A DNA stretch of 64,000 nucleotides from Eledone cirrhosa (GCA_964016885.1 OZ024760.1:33108001-33172000); one strand, 5' to 3'. Shown: positions 1-11,145, counted from the first letter of the stretch. Program-made: numbers and translations. Notes: generated from the letters alone by a model not told the origin.

Positions 1-818
1 GGCTGTATGGTGCTTGCATACGAACAGCAATGTAGCATGGCAGTGAGACCTTGGTATTGTGTGCAGAGGATATACGCAGACTGGAGAGGAACGAAGCTTG
101 CATGCTCCGCTGGATGTGTAATAGTAATATACGTGAACGGCAAAGCATAAACGAACTAAGGGAAAAATTAGAAATAAGAGGGATCAGATGTTGTTTACTC
201 GAGAGAAGACTACATTGGTATGGTCACGTGATGCGCATGAAAGACGACAGCTGTATAAAAAAAGTGCAGGGCAATAAAAATAGACGGTAGCCACGGAGTA
301 GGCAGACCTAGAAAAACCTGGGACGAGCTGATAAACTCCGACCTCACACACTTACACCTCTCCAAGACAATGTCACTGGACCGAGACCTTTGGCGCTACA
401 CAGTAATAGAGAACACCCGCCTTACCTAAGTACAAAGTAAAACCTACTACAGTCAGTAGGCACCTCTAACAAAATACACCCCCGTCCCACTACCCCCACC
501 CCATCCACACCACCCCTTTCAATGTAAAGTTATGTTGGTACCACAACATCCAGCCCGAAACAAATGAGGTCGTGTAGGTGTCACGACAAAAAAACACACA
601 GTCCACGCTGTAATGTGGTCGTGTAGGTAACACGGTAAAAACCTCCCAGTTCCACACTGTAAATGTGGTTGGTGTTTGGAAGGGCATCCAGCTGTAGAAA
701 ACCCTCCAGACAGTCCTATGCGAGCAAGACAACCACTCTTGCCTCAAGTGGGAAAACTCCCGTCCAAACCCATGCAAGCGTGGAATATGGACGTTAATCG
801 ATGATGATGATGATGATG
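1..818 (+). mobile_element. RTE-clade non-LTR retrotransposon, decayed 3' fragment (copy A) with (GAT)n tail
   Basis: Translation across a frameshift gives the RTE ORF C-terminus ...HGSET-LCAEDIRRLERNEACMLRWMC...RRLHWYGHVMRM...GRPRKTWDELINSDL...DRDLWR. A 3' UTR follows, then (GAT)n at 800-818 running into a (TA)n tract. The left side is cut by the window edge. Confidence 0.85.
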
Positions 819-826
819 TGTATATA

Positions 827-862
<36 letters not shown>

Positions 863-863
<1 letters not shown>

Positions 864-1748
864 CTGACTGCTGTTGGTTGTAGCGGGAGTGGACAGACCT
901 CCCTGCCTTTGCTTCTATCTTTGCACACGGCACTTGAGGGAGTTGCTTCCACTTCATTTGTTCTCATCTCGGGAACAATTTTGAGTGGCGCCGGTTCGTA
1001 GTTTGAACTCGGGAATTTTGTGTTCTCTCTCCGAGTGAAAGGATCCTTCTGACGAGAGTTTGTCTTTGCAATGGATGCCGTAGGGACTGTCCGTTTGTTT
1101 TTGGGACTCGAAGCCGATTCGGTAAGGGTAGCCATGGTGGGAGGGTTAGTTTTTTAGGATTTGTTTTGAAGCTTTTTCTTGTTTGCTAAACCTTGATTAT
1201 GTATGTTCTGGCTCGTTAATTTGTTGACCTGCCGTTGAGTCACATTGGCGTGTGGTTGGACAGTGCATGTGTCCCTGAGCGACTTGTGCGTGTGGGGATG
1301 TATACTTTATTATTGTTATTCTCCTCTTGGTCGAGAAGAGGATTTGGTCGTTCTGACTGCTGCTAGTTGTTGCGGGAGTGGACTGACCTCCATGCCTTTG
1401 CTTCTATCTTTGCACGCGGCACTTGAGGGAGTTGCTTCCACTTCATATGTTCTCATCTCGGGAACAATTTTGAGTAGCGCCGGTTCGTAGTTTGAACTCG
1501 GGAATTTTATATTCTCCGAGTGGGGGGATCCTTCTGACAAGAGTTTGTCTTTGCAATGGATGCCGTAGGGACTGTCCGTTTGTTTTTGAGACTCGAGGCC
1601 GATTCGGTAGAGGGGGCCATGGTGGCTAAGATTAGTTTTTTGAAGTTTGTTTTGAAACTTTTTCTTATTTGCTGAAACTTGATTATGTGTATTCTGGCTC
1701 GTTGATTTGTTGACCTACCGTTGGGCCACGTTGGCGTGTGGTTGGACA
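863..1748. repeat. Diverged direct duplication, period ~489 bp (863-1262 vs 1352-1748)
   Basis: TCTGACTGCTG...TGTGGTTGGACA occurs twice with scattered substitutions. Both copies encode similar minus-strand peptides (…[22 protein letters not shown]…SSNYEPA-LKIVPEMRT…). Bounded by (TA)n on both sides. Confidence 0.85.
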
Positions 1749-1773
1749 ATACATATGTATATATATATGTATG

Positions 1774-1805
<32 letters not shown>

Positions 1806-1839
1806 TGTATGTGTATATATATATATGTGTATATATATG

Positions 1840-1920
<81 letters not shown>

Positions 1921-1925
1921 ATATA
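1749..1925. repeat. (TA)n/(TG)n microsatellite
   Basis: Long TA dinucleotide run with TG interruptions, read directly. Confidence 0.95.
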
Positions 1926-2539
1926 TCCGACCTCACACACTTGCACCTCTCCGGGACAATGTCGCTGGACCGAGATCTTTGGCGCTGCACGGTTGTGCAG
2001 AGGGCCCGCCTTGCCTGAGTGCAAAGCGAAACCTACAGTCGGTAGGCACCTCTAGCAAGGTGAACCCCCGTCCCACTGCACCCGCCCATCCGCACCACCT
2101 CCTTAAATGTGAAGTTGTGTTGGTGCGACAGCATCCAGTCCGAGACAAATGAGGTTGTGTGGGTGTCACGACAAGGAAACACGCTGTCCACACTGTAATG
2201 TGGCCGTGTAGGCAGCACGGTGGGAACCTCCCAGTACACACTGTGAACGTGGTTGGAGTTGGGAGGGGCACCCAGCCGTAGAAAACCCGCCAGACGTGTA
2301 GGTGTCACGACAATGAAACACACAGTCCACGCTGTAATGTGGTCGTGTGGGTGACACGGTAAAAGCCTCTCAGTCTACACTGTAGACGTGGTTGGTGTTG
2401 GGAAGGGCATCAAGCCGTGGAAGGCCCGCCAGACAGTCCTGAGCAAGACAACCAATCTTGCCTCCGGTGGGACAATTACCGTCCAGACCCATGCTGGCGT
2501 GGAGGGTGAACGTTGGACGATGATGATGATGATGATGAT
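1926..2539 (+). mobile_element. RTE-clade LINE, short 5'-truncated 3' fragment (copy B) with internal ~140-bp duplication and (GAT)n tail
   Basis: Homologous to ~337-818 ([20 protein letters not shown], same 3' UTR). A UTR segment at ~2157-2295 is repeated at ~2296-2435. Ends in (GAT)n at ~2518-2539. Confidence 0.85.
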
Positions 2540-2585
2540 ATATATGGAATGTCTACATCACAATACCGGATTGACAACATTTCAA

Positions 2586-2764
2586 TGTGTGCATATATAT
2601 ATATATATATATGCATATATGTATAAATGTGTACATGAATGTACACATTTTTACATATATGTATATATATATATATGTACAGATATGTATATATATATAT
2701 ATGTATACATATGTATATATATATATATATATGTATACATATGTATATATATATATATGTATAC

Positions 2765-2831
<67 letters not shown>

Positions 2832-3146
2832 TGTATAAATGTGTACATAAATGTACACATTTTTACATATATGTATATATATATATATGTACACATATAT
2901 ATATATATATATGTATACATATGTATATATATACATATATGTACATATATATACATATATGTACATATATATATATATATGTACATATATATATATATGT
3001 ACATATATATACATATATGTACATATATGTATATATATATATGTACATATATGTATATATATATATGTACACGTCTGTATATATATATATATATGTGTAC
3101 ACATATGTATACATATATATATATACATCTGTATATATATGTACAC

Positions 3147-3183
<37 letters not shown>

Positions 3184-3237
3184 TGTACATATATGTATAT
3201 AAATATGTACATATATATGTACAACGTATATATATAT
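2586..3237. repeat. Degenerate TA/TG/CA microsatellite containing TGTACATA motifs (proto-satellite)
   Basis: Irregular (TA)n with recurring ATGTACAT/ATACATAT motifs. A ~45-bp block is duplicated (~2619 and ~2831). Confidence 0.85.
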
Positions 3238-3357
3238 AGTTGTCGTCAGTGTGTGAAGGAGTACAAGTCTGTAGCAGGCTTCAAAAGCCAGATCTGAGGG
3301 TCACACATCTGAATCTGACAAGCGACTGCAATACTCTTAGCGTGAGTTTGCAGCCAT
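3238..3357 (+). mobile_element. Extreme 3' end of a second RTE-like LINE family (degenerate C2H2 finger plus terminal stem-loop)
   Basis: Reads [16 protein letters not shown], then (H)LRV(H) across small indels, a C-terminal C2H2-like motif of the kind seen in some RTE ORFs. A hairpin CTGCAA-T-ACTC/ttagcgt/GAGT-TTGCAG (3326-3353) sits just before the repeat tract. Confidence 0.55.
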
Positions 3358-4403
3358 GTGTATATATGTACATGTATGTGTATATATGTACATGTATGTG
3401 TGTATATAAGTACATGTATGTGTATATATGTACATGTATGTGTATATATGTACATGTATGTGTATATATGTACATGTATGTGTATATATGTACATGTATG
3501 TGTATATAAGTACATGTATGTGTATATATGTACATGTATGTGTATATATATACATGTATGTGTATATAAGTACATGTATGTGTATATATGTACATGTATG
3601 TGTATATATATACATGTATGTGTATATAAGTACATGTATGTGTATATATGTACATGTATGTGTATATATATACATGTATGTGTATATAAGTACATGTATG
3701 TGTATATATGTACATGTATGTGTATATAAGTACATGTATGTGTATATATGTACATGTATGTGTATATATGTACATGTATGTGTATATAAGTACATGTATG
3801 TGTATATATGTACATGTATGTGTATATATGTACATGTATGTGTATATAAGTACATGTATGTGTATATATATATACATGTATGTGTATATAAGTACATGTA
3901 TGTGTATATATGTACATGTATGTGTATATATATACATGTATGTGTATATAAAAACATGTATGTGTATATATGTACATGTATGTGTATATATGTACATGTA
4001 TGTGTATATAAGTACATGTATGTGTATATATGTACATGTATGTGTATATAAGTACATGTATGTGTATATATGTACATGTATGTGTATATATATACATGTA
4101 TGTGTATATAAGTACATGTATGTGTATATATGTACATGTATGTGTATATATATACATGTATGTGTATATAAGTACATGTATGTGTATATATGTACATGTA
4201 TGTGTATATAAGTACATGTATGTGTATATATGTACATGTATGTGTATATATGTACATGTATGTGTATATAAGTACATGTATGTGTATATATGTACATGTA
4301 TGTGTATAACTTTGAATAACTTTGAATAACTTTGAAATGTTTTGGCCAGTATTGGCCCAGGCCATGTCTAACTTAATAGCACCACCTGGCGAAGTCTTTC
4401 AAT

Positions 4404-7400
4404 TCAGGATTTGGGCACCATGGCCCATTCGAGAAGAGAATTACTGTTTGCGGAGACATATCCGGGTGTGGGTGGTTTGTCCGGGATTACTTGGAGGAAT
4501 TTGTCCAAAGACTTCTTGAATTTTGTGTGGTCAGTTTCTGTTTTGACGTGTCCTGGTGTGATGTTGAAGAGAGCAGGGCCGATTGAGGTGAAATAATTGT
4601 GCCGTATTGTTGTTATGAGTTGCGATTTAGATTTTTGAATGGGACGGATAGCACGGGGCCCAAGCCTTGGGTGTATCTTGAAGGCGATGCCAACATCATT
4701 TGGGCAGTGATGATGGAACATTTTCCACATCATGCAGATAATATAACGCTCACGGCGACGTTGGAGTGAGTAAAGTTTCAGGTTTTCCAATCGACCCCAG
4801 TAGTCAAGGTCTGACATGCCATCTATCTTTTTGGTGATTGCCCTTTGAGGAGCTTCAAGTTTCATGATACTTTGTTTCGTGTGGGGAGACCACAGTGGAC
4901 AACAGTATTCAAGGTGTGGGCGGGCGAAAGTAGAGAAGAGAAGGATAATGGTGCGGGAATCTCTCGACTGGAAGGTTCTGAGGATCCAGGAACACATTCT
5001 GCGGGCCATGTCAACTTTGCTGCTTATATGCGTGGTCCAGCTTATGTTGCTGTCCACGGTTACTCCCAAGTCTCTGATGTTGTTAGATGCCACGAGAGTT
5101 TCCCCGGAGGGAAGGGAGTACGGGAGTTTCAGAGCATCCTCTTTTCCAAAGTGGATCAGTTCGAATTTGTCTTCGTTCAATAACATGTTGTTCTTTTCTG
5201 CCCATTGGGTAACAGCCAGTAGGTCTGACTGAAGGCTTATCCGGTCATCCACGCCATTGATGACCTTTTGGAGCTTGGAATCATCAGCAAAAATTTTAAT
5301 GTTGCTGTGTTTGATGATGTCAGTGATGTCATTAATATAGATGATGAAGAGAAGTGGGCCCAACACAGTGCCTTGTGGGACTCCACTACTGACTTTGGCT
5401 GGGCTTGATTTGACTCCCTCAACTACAACATGTTGGGTTCTGTTTGACAGGAAGCTCTTGATCCACTGCAGCAGCTTTCCAGTGACACTAATATTGGACA
5501 GCTTTCTCAGTAGAATGTTATGATCAACCCTGTCAAAGGCCTTGCTGAAATCAAGGTAGATAACATCAGTGTTGGAACCCTCTCCCAAGGCTCTCAAAAT
5601 GTCATCAAAGTGATGCAGTAGTTGCGTCAGGCAATCCCTTCCATTACGGAATCCATGCTGGTTGGAGTTCAGCATATTGTTACTCTCAAGGAAGTGGGCC
5701 ATTCGCGATCTCACCACTCGCTCAAATACCTTAATGATATGAGAGGTGAGTGAGATTGGACGGTAATTCACGGCAAGGGATTTGTTTCCCTTTTTGAAAA
5801 CTGGGACAACAGACTGGGATAGAAGGTTTTCTGGCACATATCCAGCATCCAGTGAGTTCCGCCACAGATTGGCAAGAGGAGAAGCAAGTTGGTGTTGACA
5901 CGCCTTCAAGACACAAGCAGGGAACCTATCGGGACCTACTGCTGAATTATGCTTGATTTCCTTTATTGCCGCCAAGACATCAGGGGCGCCAAACGTTATG
6001 TCCGATAAGGTGTAATGGGGAGTAACATCGCCGATACAGCCCAGATCGGCCATATCAGGATTGCTGAAAACAGAGCAGTATTGTTTCTGCAGTATCTCAC
6101 CCATGGTTTTAGCATTGTCTTGAAGAGTGCCATTTTCATCAATTAGAGGGCCAACAGTAGAGCCAGTGATTTTGTGTTTTTTTGCAAATGAAAAGAAGAC
6201 TTTGGGATTGAGTTTGATCTTCTCAATGGCCCAGGCCTCTTCAGCTCTTCTCTGATTGTTGATGAGGGACATTATGTTGTTTTGGAGGTTATGTTTTTTA
6301 ATCTCTAGTGATGAAATGGCAGTCAAGTTGATGTGTTGCTGCTGACAGTATTTCAGCTTGTTGATTTTTTTGTTCGTTCTCTTAATTTTTCTGATGAGCG
6401 TTTTTCTATTTCTAGGGATTCTGCTCTTAGATTTGTTTATAGTTCTTAATGGGGTGTGTTTAGCACATATGTTTGTAACAGTGTCCACAAATGTCTGCCA
6501 GGACTTTTTGATGTTAGTGGGTGTATGAGTGTGCGTGAAGGACCAGTCGACATGTGCAAGATCATGACTGATCGCTTCCCAGTTTGCATTGTGGAAATCC
6601 ATAGCGTCAAACGGATGGACAGGAGAGATGACATTGGGTTTGTATATTGGACGGTGGAATCTCAGATCACAGAGAACCATGTCATGATCAGAGATAGAGT
6701 TTTCTCCACTGCAATATTGTGGATATTGTCAGTGTGATTGCTGAAAATTAAGTCTAGGACGTTTTTGTGGCACCTCGTTGGTTCGAGCACTAGTTGGGAT
6801 AGGAAGAAATCATCCATGAAGTCAAGAAGCGATTCCACAGCTTCCCTGTCAGAGGTTGAGGCAGAAGAACCTGGTGGCAGGGTGTTTGTGGACCAGTCAA
6901 CTCCGGGGAGGTTGAAGTCCCCCATCATTAAGATGTTGTCAGGGTGACACTCTTGGATGAAACACTTTATGCTGTTGAGGCATTCCTTGAAGCATGGTAC
7001 AGGCGTTTGGGGTGGCCTATAGAGCCCAACTACTAATAGGTTGTTGGTTTGACTGAATACAGTGACTGCCTCACAGTATCCATTAGTGAATATGTTCATA
7101 GCCTCTGTTGAGAAAGAATTATGGACATAAATGGCAGTTCCGCCCTTTCTTCTGCCAGCGCGATCAGCACGGATGGCTTTGAAATTTTTCACTTTCACCT
7201 CGGCTTCCAAGTGGAGGTTACTGAGATGGGTTTCAGTGAGGACGAAGAAAGGGATGTGGTTTGGATGGACATCAATCCAGTCCTCCAGGAATTTGATCTT
7301 CCATTTTTGAGTATTGGTGGAAGGGCTGATGCCTTGGGCGTTAAGCAAAAATGTAGAGGCGAGAGTGGATGGTTTTAATTGTTTTGGTGTGTTGTTAATT

Positions 7401-7516
7401 TGTTTGTTTGTTAATGGCAGCAATGGGAGTTTGTGCAGTGGGGTGATAGTGGAGGGTGGTGCTGGGTGATAGCTCGAATGTTTTTTTCCAGTTCTTTTGC
7501 CAGATTCATTATGGCT
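4404..7516 (-). pseudogene. LINE ORF2 (AP endonuclease + reverse transcriptase), copy 1, split by a 1-bp deletion near 6694
   Basis: APE motifs LLNAQG, LTETHL, GLYRPP, MGDFNLP, LDLIF, (S)DH. RT motifs YRPISLTS, QHGFR, YLDFSKAFDRVDH, SGVPQGTVLGPLLF, FADD. Copy 1 reads GATCAGAGATAGAG where copy 3 reads GATCAGAGAGTAGAG, which explains the two ORFs 6662-7423 and 4404-6680. Confidence 0.92.
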
Positions 7517-8540
7517 AAAAAAGAGGAAGAAGTTTCCTGTTTAGAAGACTGTTGGTGACTATGGTAGTGGTTATTTTTATGTAGGTTATGGTTTTTGTTT
7601 TTGCTTTTATTTTTAATTTTATTTTCATTTATCCGACGGGTCCCCGGGAGATGGGTAAAGGGACAATCCCGGTCTAAACACAATCTGTCTCGCAGGGAAA
7701 AACGGCAGATTTGTGGATTCCTTGTTTGAGTTATTGGTGGTTGTGTTGGTGTTAAATTAGAGTATGTATTATGGTGGTGGCTGTTTGTGGGGATAGATCG
7801 TTTTGTCCTAGGTAAATGGGTGAATTTGCAGCCACTATCCGTACATATTCTATAGCGTAGAGAGTAGCGGCAAATGATGGGGTTTCGAGTGGGTGGGTAT
7901 GTGGGTGTGGGTGTTGTGAGAGGTGTAGATGATGGTTTGGGTAGGATTTGACGACCTTTGTGGACTGTGGGAGGGAGAGTTCTTGTTCTGGTATTAGAAG
8001 GTAAATTCCTTGACATAGCAGTAGACAAAAATGTTGTAGTAGTAGTAGTAGTAGTAGGCAGAGATGTTGGCAGTGGTGATGATTGGACTGCTGGGCCAGA
8101 GAAAGGATGTGGCGTTTCATGCTGTGAGACAGAGGCTACTGGGGGGTCAATAGTTTCATTTAGTAGATCGGCCATTGTTGATGAATCAAGGAGTGGTTCA
8201 CACTGTTGTTGTCGTTGTCGTTGTTGTTGTTGTTGCTGTTGTTGATGTTGTTGTTGTAGCTGTTGTTGATGTTGTTGTTGTAGCTGTTGTTGTTGTTGCT
8301 GTTGTAGCTGCTGTTGTTGTTGTTGCTGCTGCTGGACAGCATTCGAAGAGAAAACACACCGTAGTTTATCCAAATGTTTATTGATTAATTTAAAAGCAAT
8401 TTCGATTTGCTTTAATTTATTTTGAATCTGTTGTTCAGATCGAGTTTTCAAAAATTGAACTGTACGTTTAGCAATGTCGTTCAGAGATGAAGCATGTATG
8501 TCTTCAGTTTGGGAAAGGCAATGCCATGTGTTTATTAGAA
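7411..8540 (-). CDS. LINE ORF1 (5'-truncated): coiled-coil-like segment, polyQ, Pro/Thr-rich linker, two CCCH zinc fingers
   Basis: Open frame from the 5' junction to TAA at 7413-7411. Q-rich tract ~8203-8335. CRYSLRYRICTDSGCKFTH (7872-7816) and CRFSLRDRLCLDRDCPFTH (7707-7651) are both C-x8-C-x4-C-x3-H. Confidence 0.8.
7516..7522 (-). promoter_or_regulatory. Candidate -1 ribosomal frameshift slippery site U-UUU-UUA linking ORF1 to ORF2
   Basis: ORF1 codons are TCT TTT TTA GCC. The -1 frame (AGC CAT AAT…) is open into the endonuclease. The previous stop in that frame is at 7543-7541, and there is no ATG before the APE catalytic motifs. Confidence 0.6.
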
Positions 8541-9452
8541 TGTACATGTACATGTATGTGTGTACATGTACATGTATATATGTACATGTATGTGTATATA
8601 AGTACATGTATGTGTATATATGTACATGTATGTGTATATATATACATGTATGTGTATATAAATACATGTATGTGTATATATGTAAATGTATGTGTATATA
8701 TGTACATGTATGTGTATATAAGTACATGTATGTGTATATATGTACATGTATGTGTATATATATACATGTATGTGTGTATATAAGTACATGTATGTGTATA
8801 TATGTACATGTATGTGTATATATGTACATGTATGTGTATATAAGTACATGTATGTGTATATATGTACATGTATGTGTATATATATACATGTATGTGTATA
8901 TAAGTACATGTATGTGTATATATGTACATGTATGTGTATATATATACATGTATGTGTATATAAGTACATGTATGTGTATATATGTACATGTATGTGTATA
9001 TAAGTACATGTATGTGTATATATGTACATGTATGTGTATATATGTACATGTATGTGTATATAAGTACATGTATGTGTATATATGTACATGTATGTGTATA
9101 TATATACATGTATGTGTATATAAGTACATGTATGTGTATATATGTACATGTATGTGTATATAAGTACATGTATGTGTATATATGTACATGTATGTGTATA
9201 TATGTACATGTATGTGTATATAAGTACATGTATGTGTATATATGTACATGTATGTGTATATATGTACATGTATGTGTATATAAGTACATGTATGTGTATA
9301 TATATACATGTATGTGTATATAAGTACATGTATGTGTATATATGTACATGTATGTGTATATATATACATGTATGTGTATATAAATACATGTATGTGTATA
9401 TATGTACATGTATGTGTATATATGTACATGTATGTGTATATAAGTACATATA

Positions 9453-10780
9453 TAACTTTGAATAACTTTGAAATGTTTTGGCCAGTATTGGCCCAGGCCA
9501 TGTCTAACTTAATAGCACCACCTGGCGAAGTCTTTCAATTCAGGATTTGGGCACCATGGCCCATTCTAGAAGAGAATTACTGTTTGCGGAGACATATCCG
9601 GGTGTGGGTGGTTTGTCCGGGATTACTTGGAGGAATTTGTCCAAAGACTTCTTGAATTTTGTGTGGTCAGTTTCTGTTTTGACATGTCCTGGTGTGATGT
9701 TGAAGAGAGCAGGGCCGATTGAGGTGAAATAATTGTGCCGTATTGTTGTTATGAGTTGCGATTTAGATTTTTGAATGGGACGGATAGCACGGGGCCCAAG
9801 CCTTGGGTGTATCTTGAAGGCGATGCCAACATCATTTGGGCAGTGATGATGGAACATTTTCCACATCATGCAGATAATATAACGCTCACGGCGACGTTGG
9901 AGTGAGTAAAGTTTCAGGTTTTCCAATCGACCCCAGTAGTCAAGGTCTGACATGCCATCTATCTTTTTCGTGATTGCCCTTTGAGGAGCTTCAAGTTTCA
10001 TGATACTTTGTTTCGTGTGGGGATACCACAGTGGACAACAGTATTCAAGGTGTGGTCGGGCAAAAGTAGAGAAGAGAAGGATAATGGTGCGGGAATCTCT
10101 CGACTGGAAGGTTCTGAGGATCCAGGAACACATTCTGCGGGCCATGTCAACTTTGCTGCTTATATGCGTGGTCCAGCTTATGTTGCTGTCCACGGTTACT
10201 CCCAAGTCTCTGATGTTGTTAGATGCCACGAGAGTTTCCCCGGAGGGAAGGGAGTACGGGAGTTTCAGAGCATCCTCTTTTCCAAAGTGGATCAGTTCGA
10301 ATTTGTCTTCGTTCAGTAACATGTTGTTCTTTTCTGCCCATTGGGTAACAGCCAGTAGGTCTGACTGAAGGCTTATCCGGTCATCCACGCCATTGATGAC
10401 CTTTTGGAGCTTGGAATCATCAGCGAAAATTTTAATGTTGCTGTGTTTGATGATGTCAGTGATGTCATTAATATAGATGATGAAGAGAAGTGGGCCCAAC
10501 ACAGTGCCTTGTGGGACCCCACTACTGACTTTGGCTGGGCTTGATTTGACTCCCTCAACTACAACATGTTGGGTTCTGTTTGACAGGAAGCTCTTGATCC
10601 ACTGCAGCAGATTTCCAGTGACACCAATATTGGACAGCTTTCTCAGTAGAATGTTATGATCAACCCTGTCAAAGGCCTTGCTGAAATCAAGGTAGATAAC
10701 ATCAGTGTTGGAACCCTCTCCCAAGGCTCTCAAAATGTCATCAAAGTGATGCAGTAGCTGCGTCAGGCAATCCCTTCCAT
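9453..10780 (-). mobile_element. Same CR1-like LINE, copy 2 (1.33 kb, 5'-truncated within RT)
   Basis: Near-identical to 4317-5644 with private substitutions (e.g. VTGNLL vs VTGKLL, WYPH vs WSPH). Two tail units. The 5' junction shows CAT microhomology to the satellite. Confidence 0.95.
9540..10780 (-). pseudogene. 5'-truncated ORF2 fragment (RT C-terminal half), copy 2
   Basis: GRDCLTQLL…YLDFSKAFD…PQGTVLGP…FADD…EWAMVPKS*, open but lacking the N-terminus. Confidence 0.9.
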
Positions 10781-11145
10781 GTATGTGTATATATGTACAT
10801 GTATGTGTATATAAGTACATGTATGTGTATATATGTACATGTATGTGTATATATATACATGTATGTGTATATAAGTACATGTATGTGTATATATGTACAT
10901 GTATGTGTATATATATACATGTATGTGTATATAAGTACATGTATGTGTATATATGTACATGTATGTGTATATAAGTACATGTATGTGTATATATGTACAT
11001 GTATGTGTATATATGTACATGTATGTGTATATAAGTACATGTATGTGTATATATGTACATATATGTGTATATATGTACATGTATGTGTATATAAGTACAT
11101 GTATGTGTATATATATATATACATGTATGTGTATATAAGTACATG

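Larger units (their letters stand above)
4307..8540 (-). mobile_element. CR1-like (CR1/L2 group) APE-RT non-LTR retrotransposon, copy 1 (4.2 kb; ORF1 5'-truncated, full ORF2 with 1-bp deletion)
   Basis: ORF1 part, APE, RT, short 3' UTR and 3 copies of the TTCAAAGTTA tail (4307-4336). C-terminal LYSLQRRRERY and RPHLEYC motifs are typical of CR1-clade ORF2. Satellite on both flanks. Confidence 0.95.

Noticed and set aside
4411-8384. Short plus-strand ORFs within the LINE copies
   Set aside because: These are antisense shadows of ORF1/ORF2 with no recognisable motifs.
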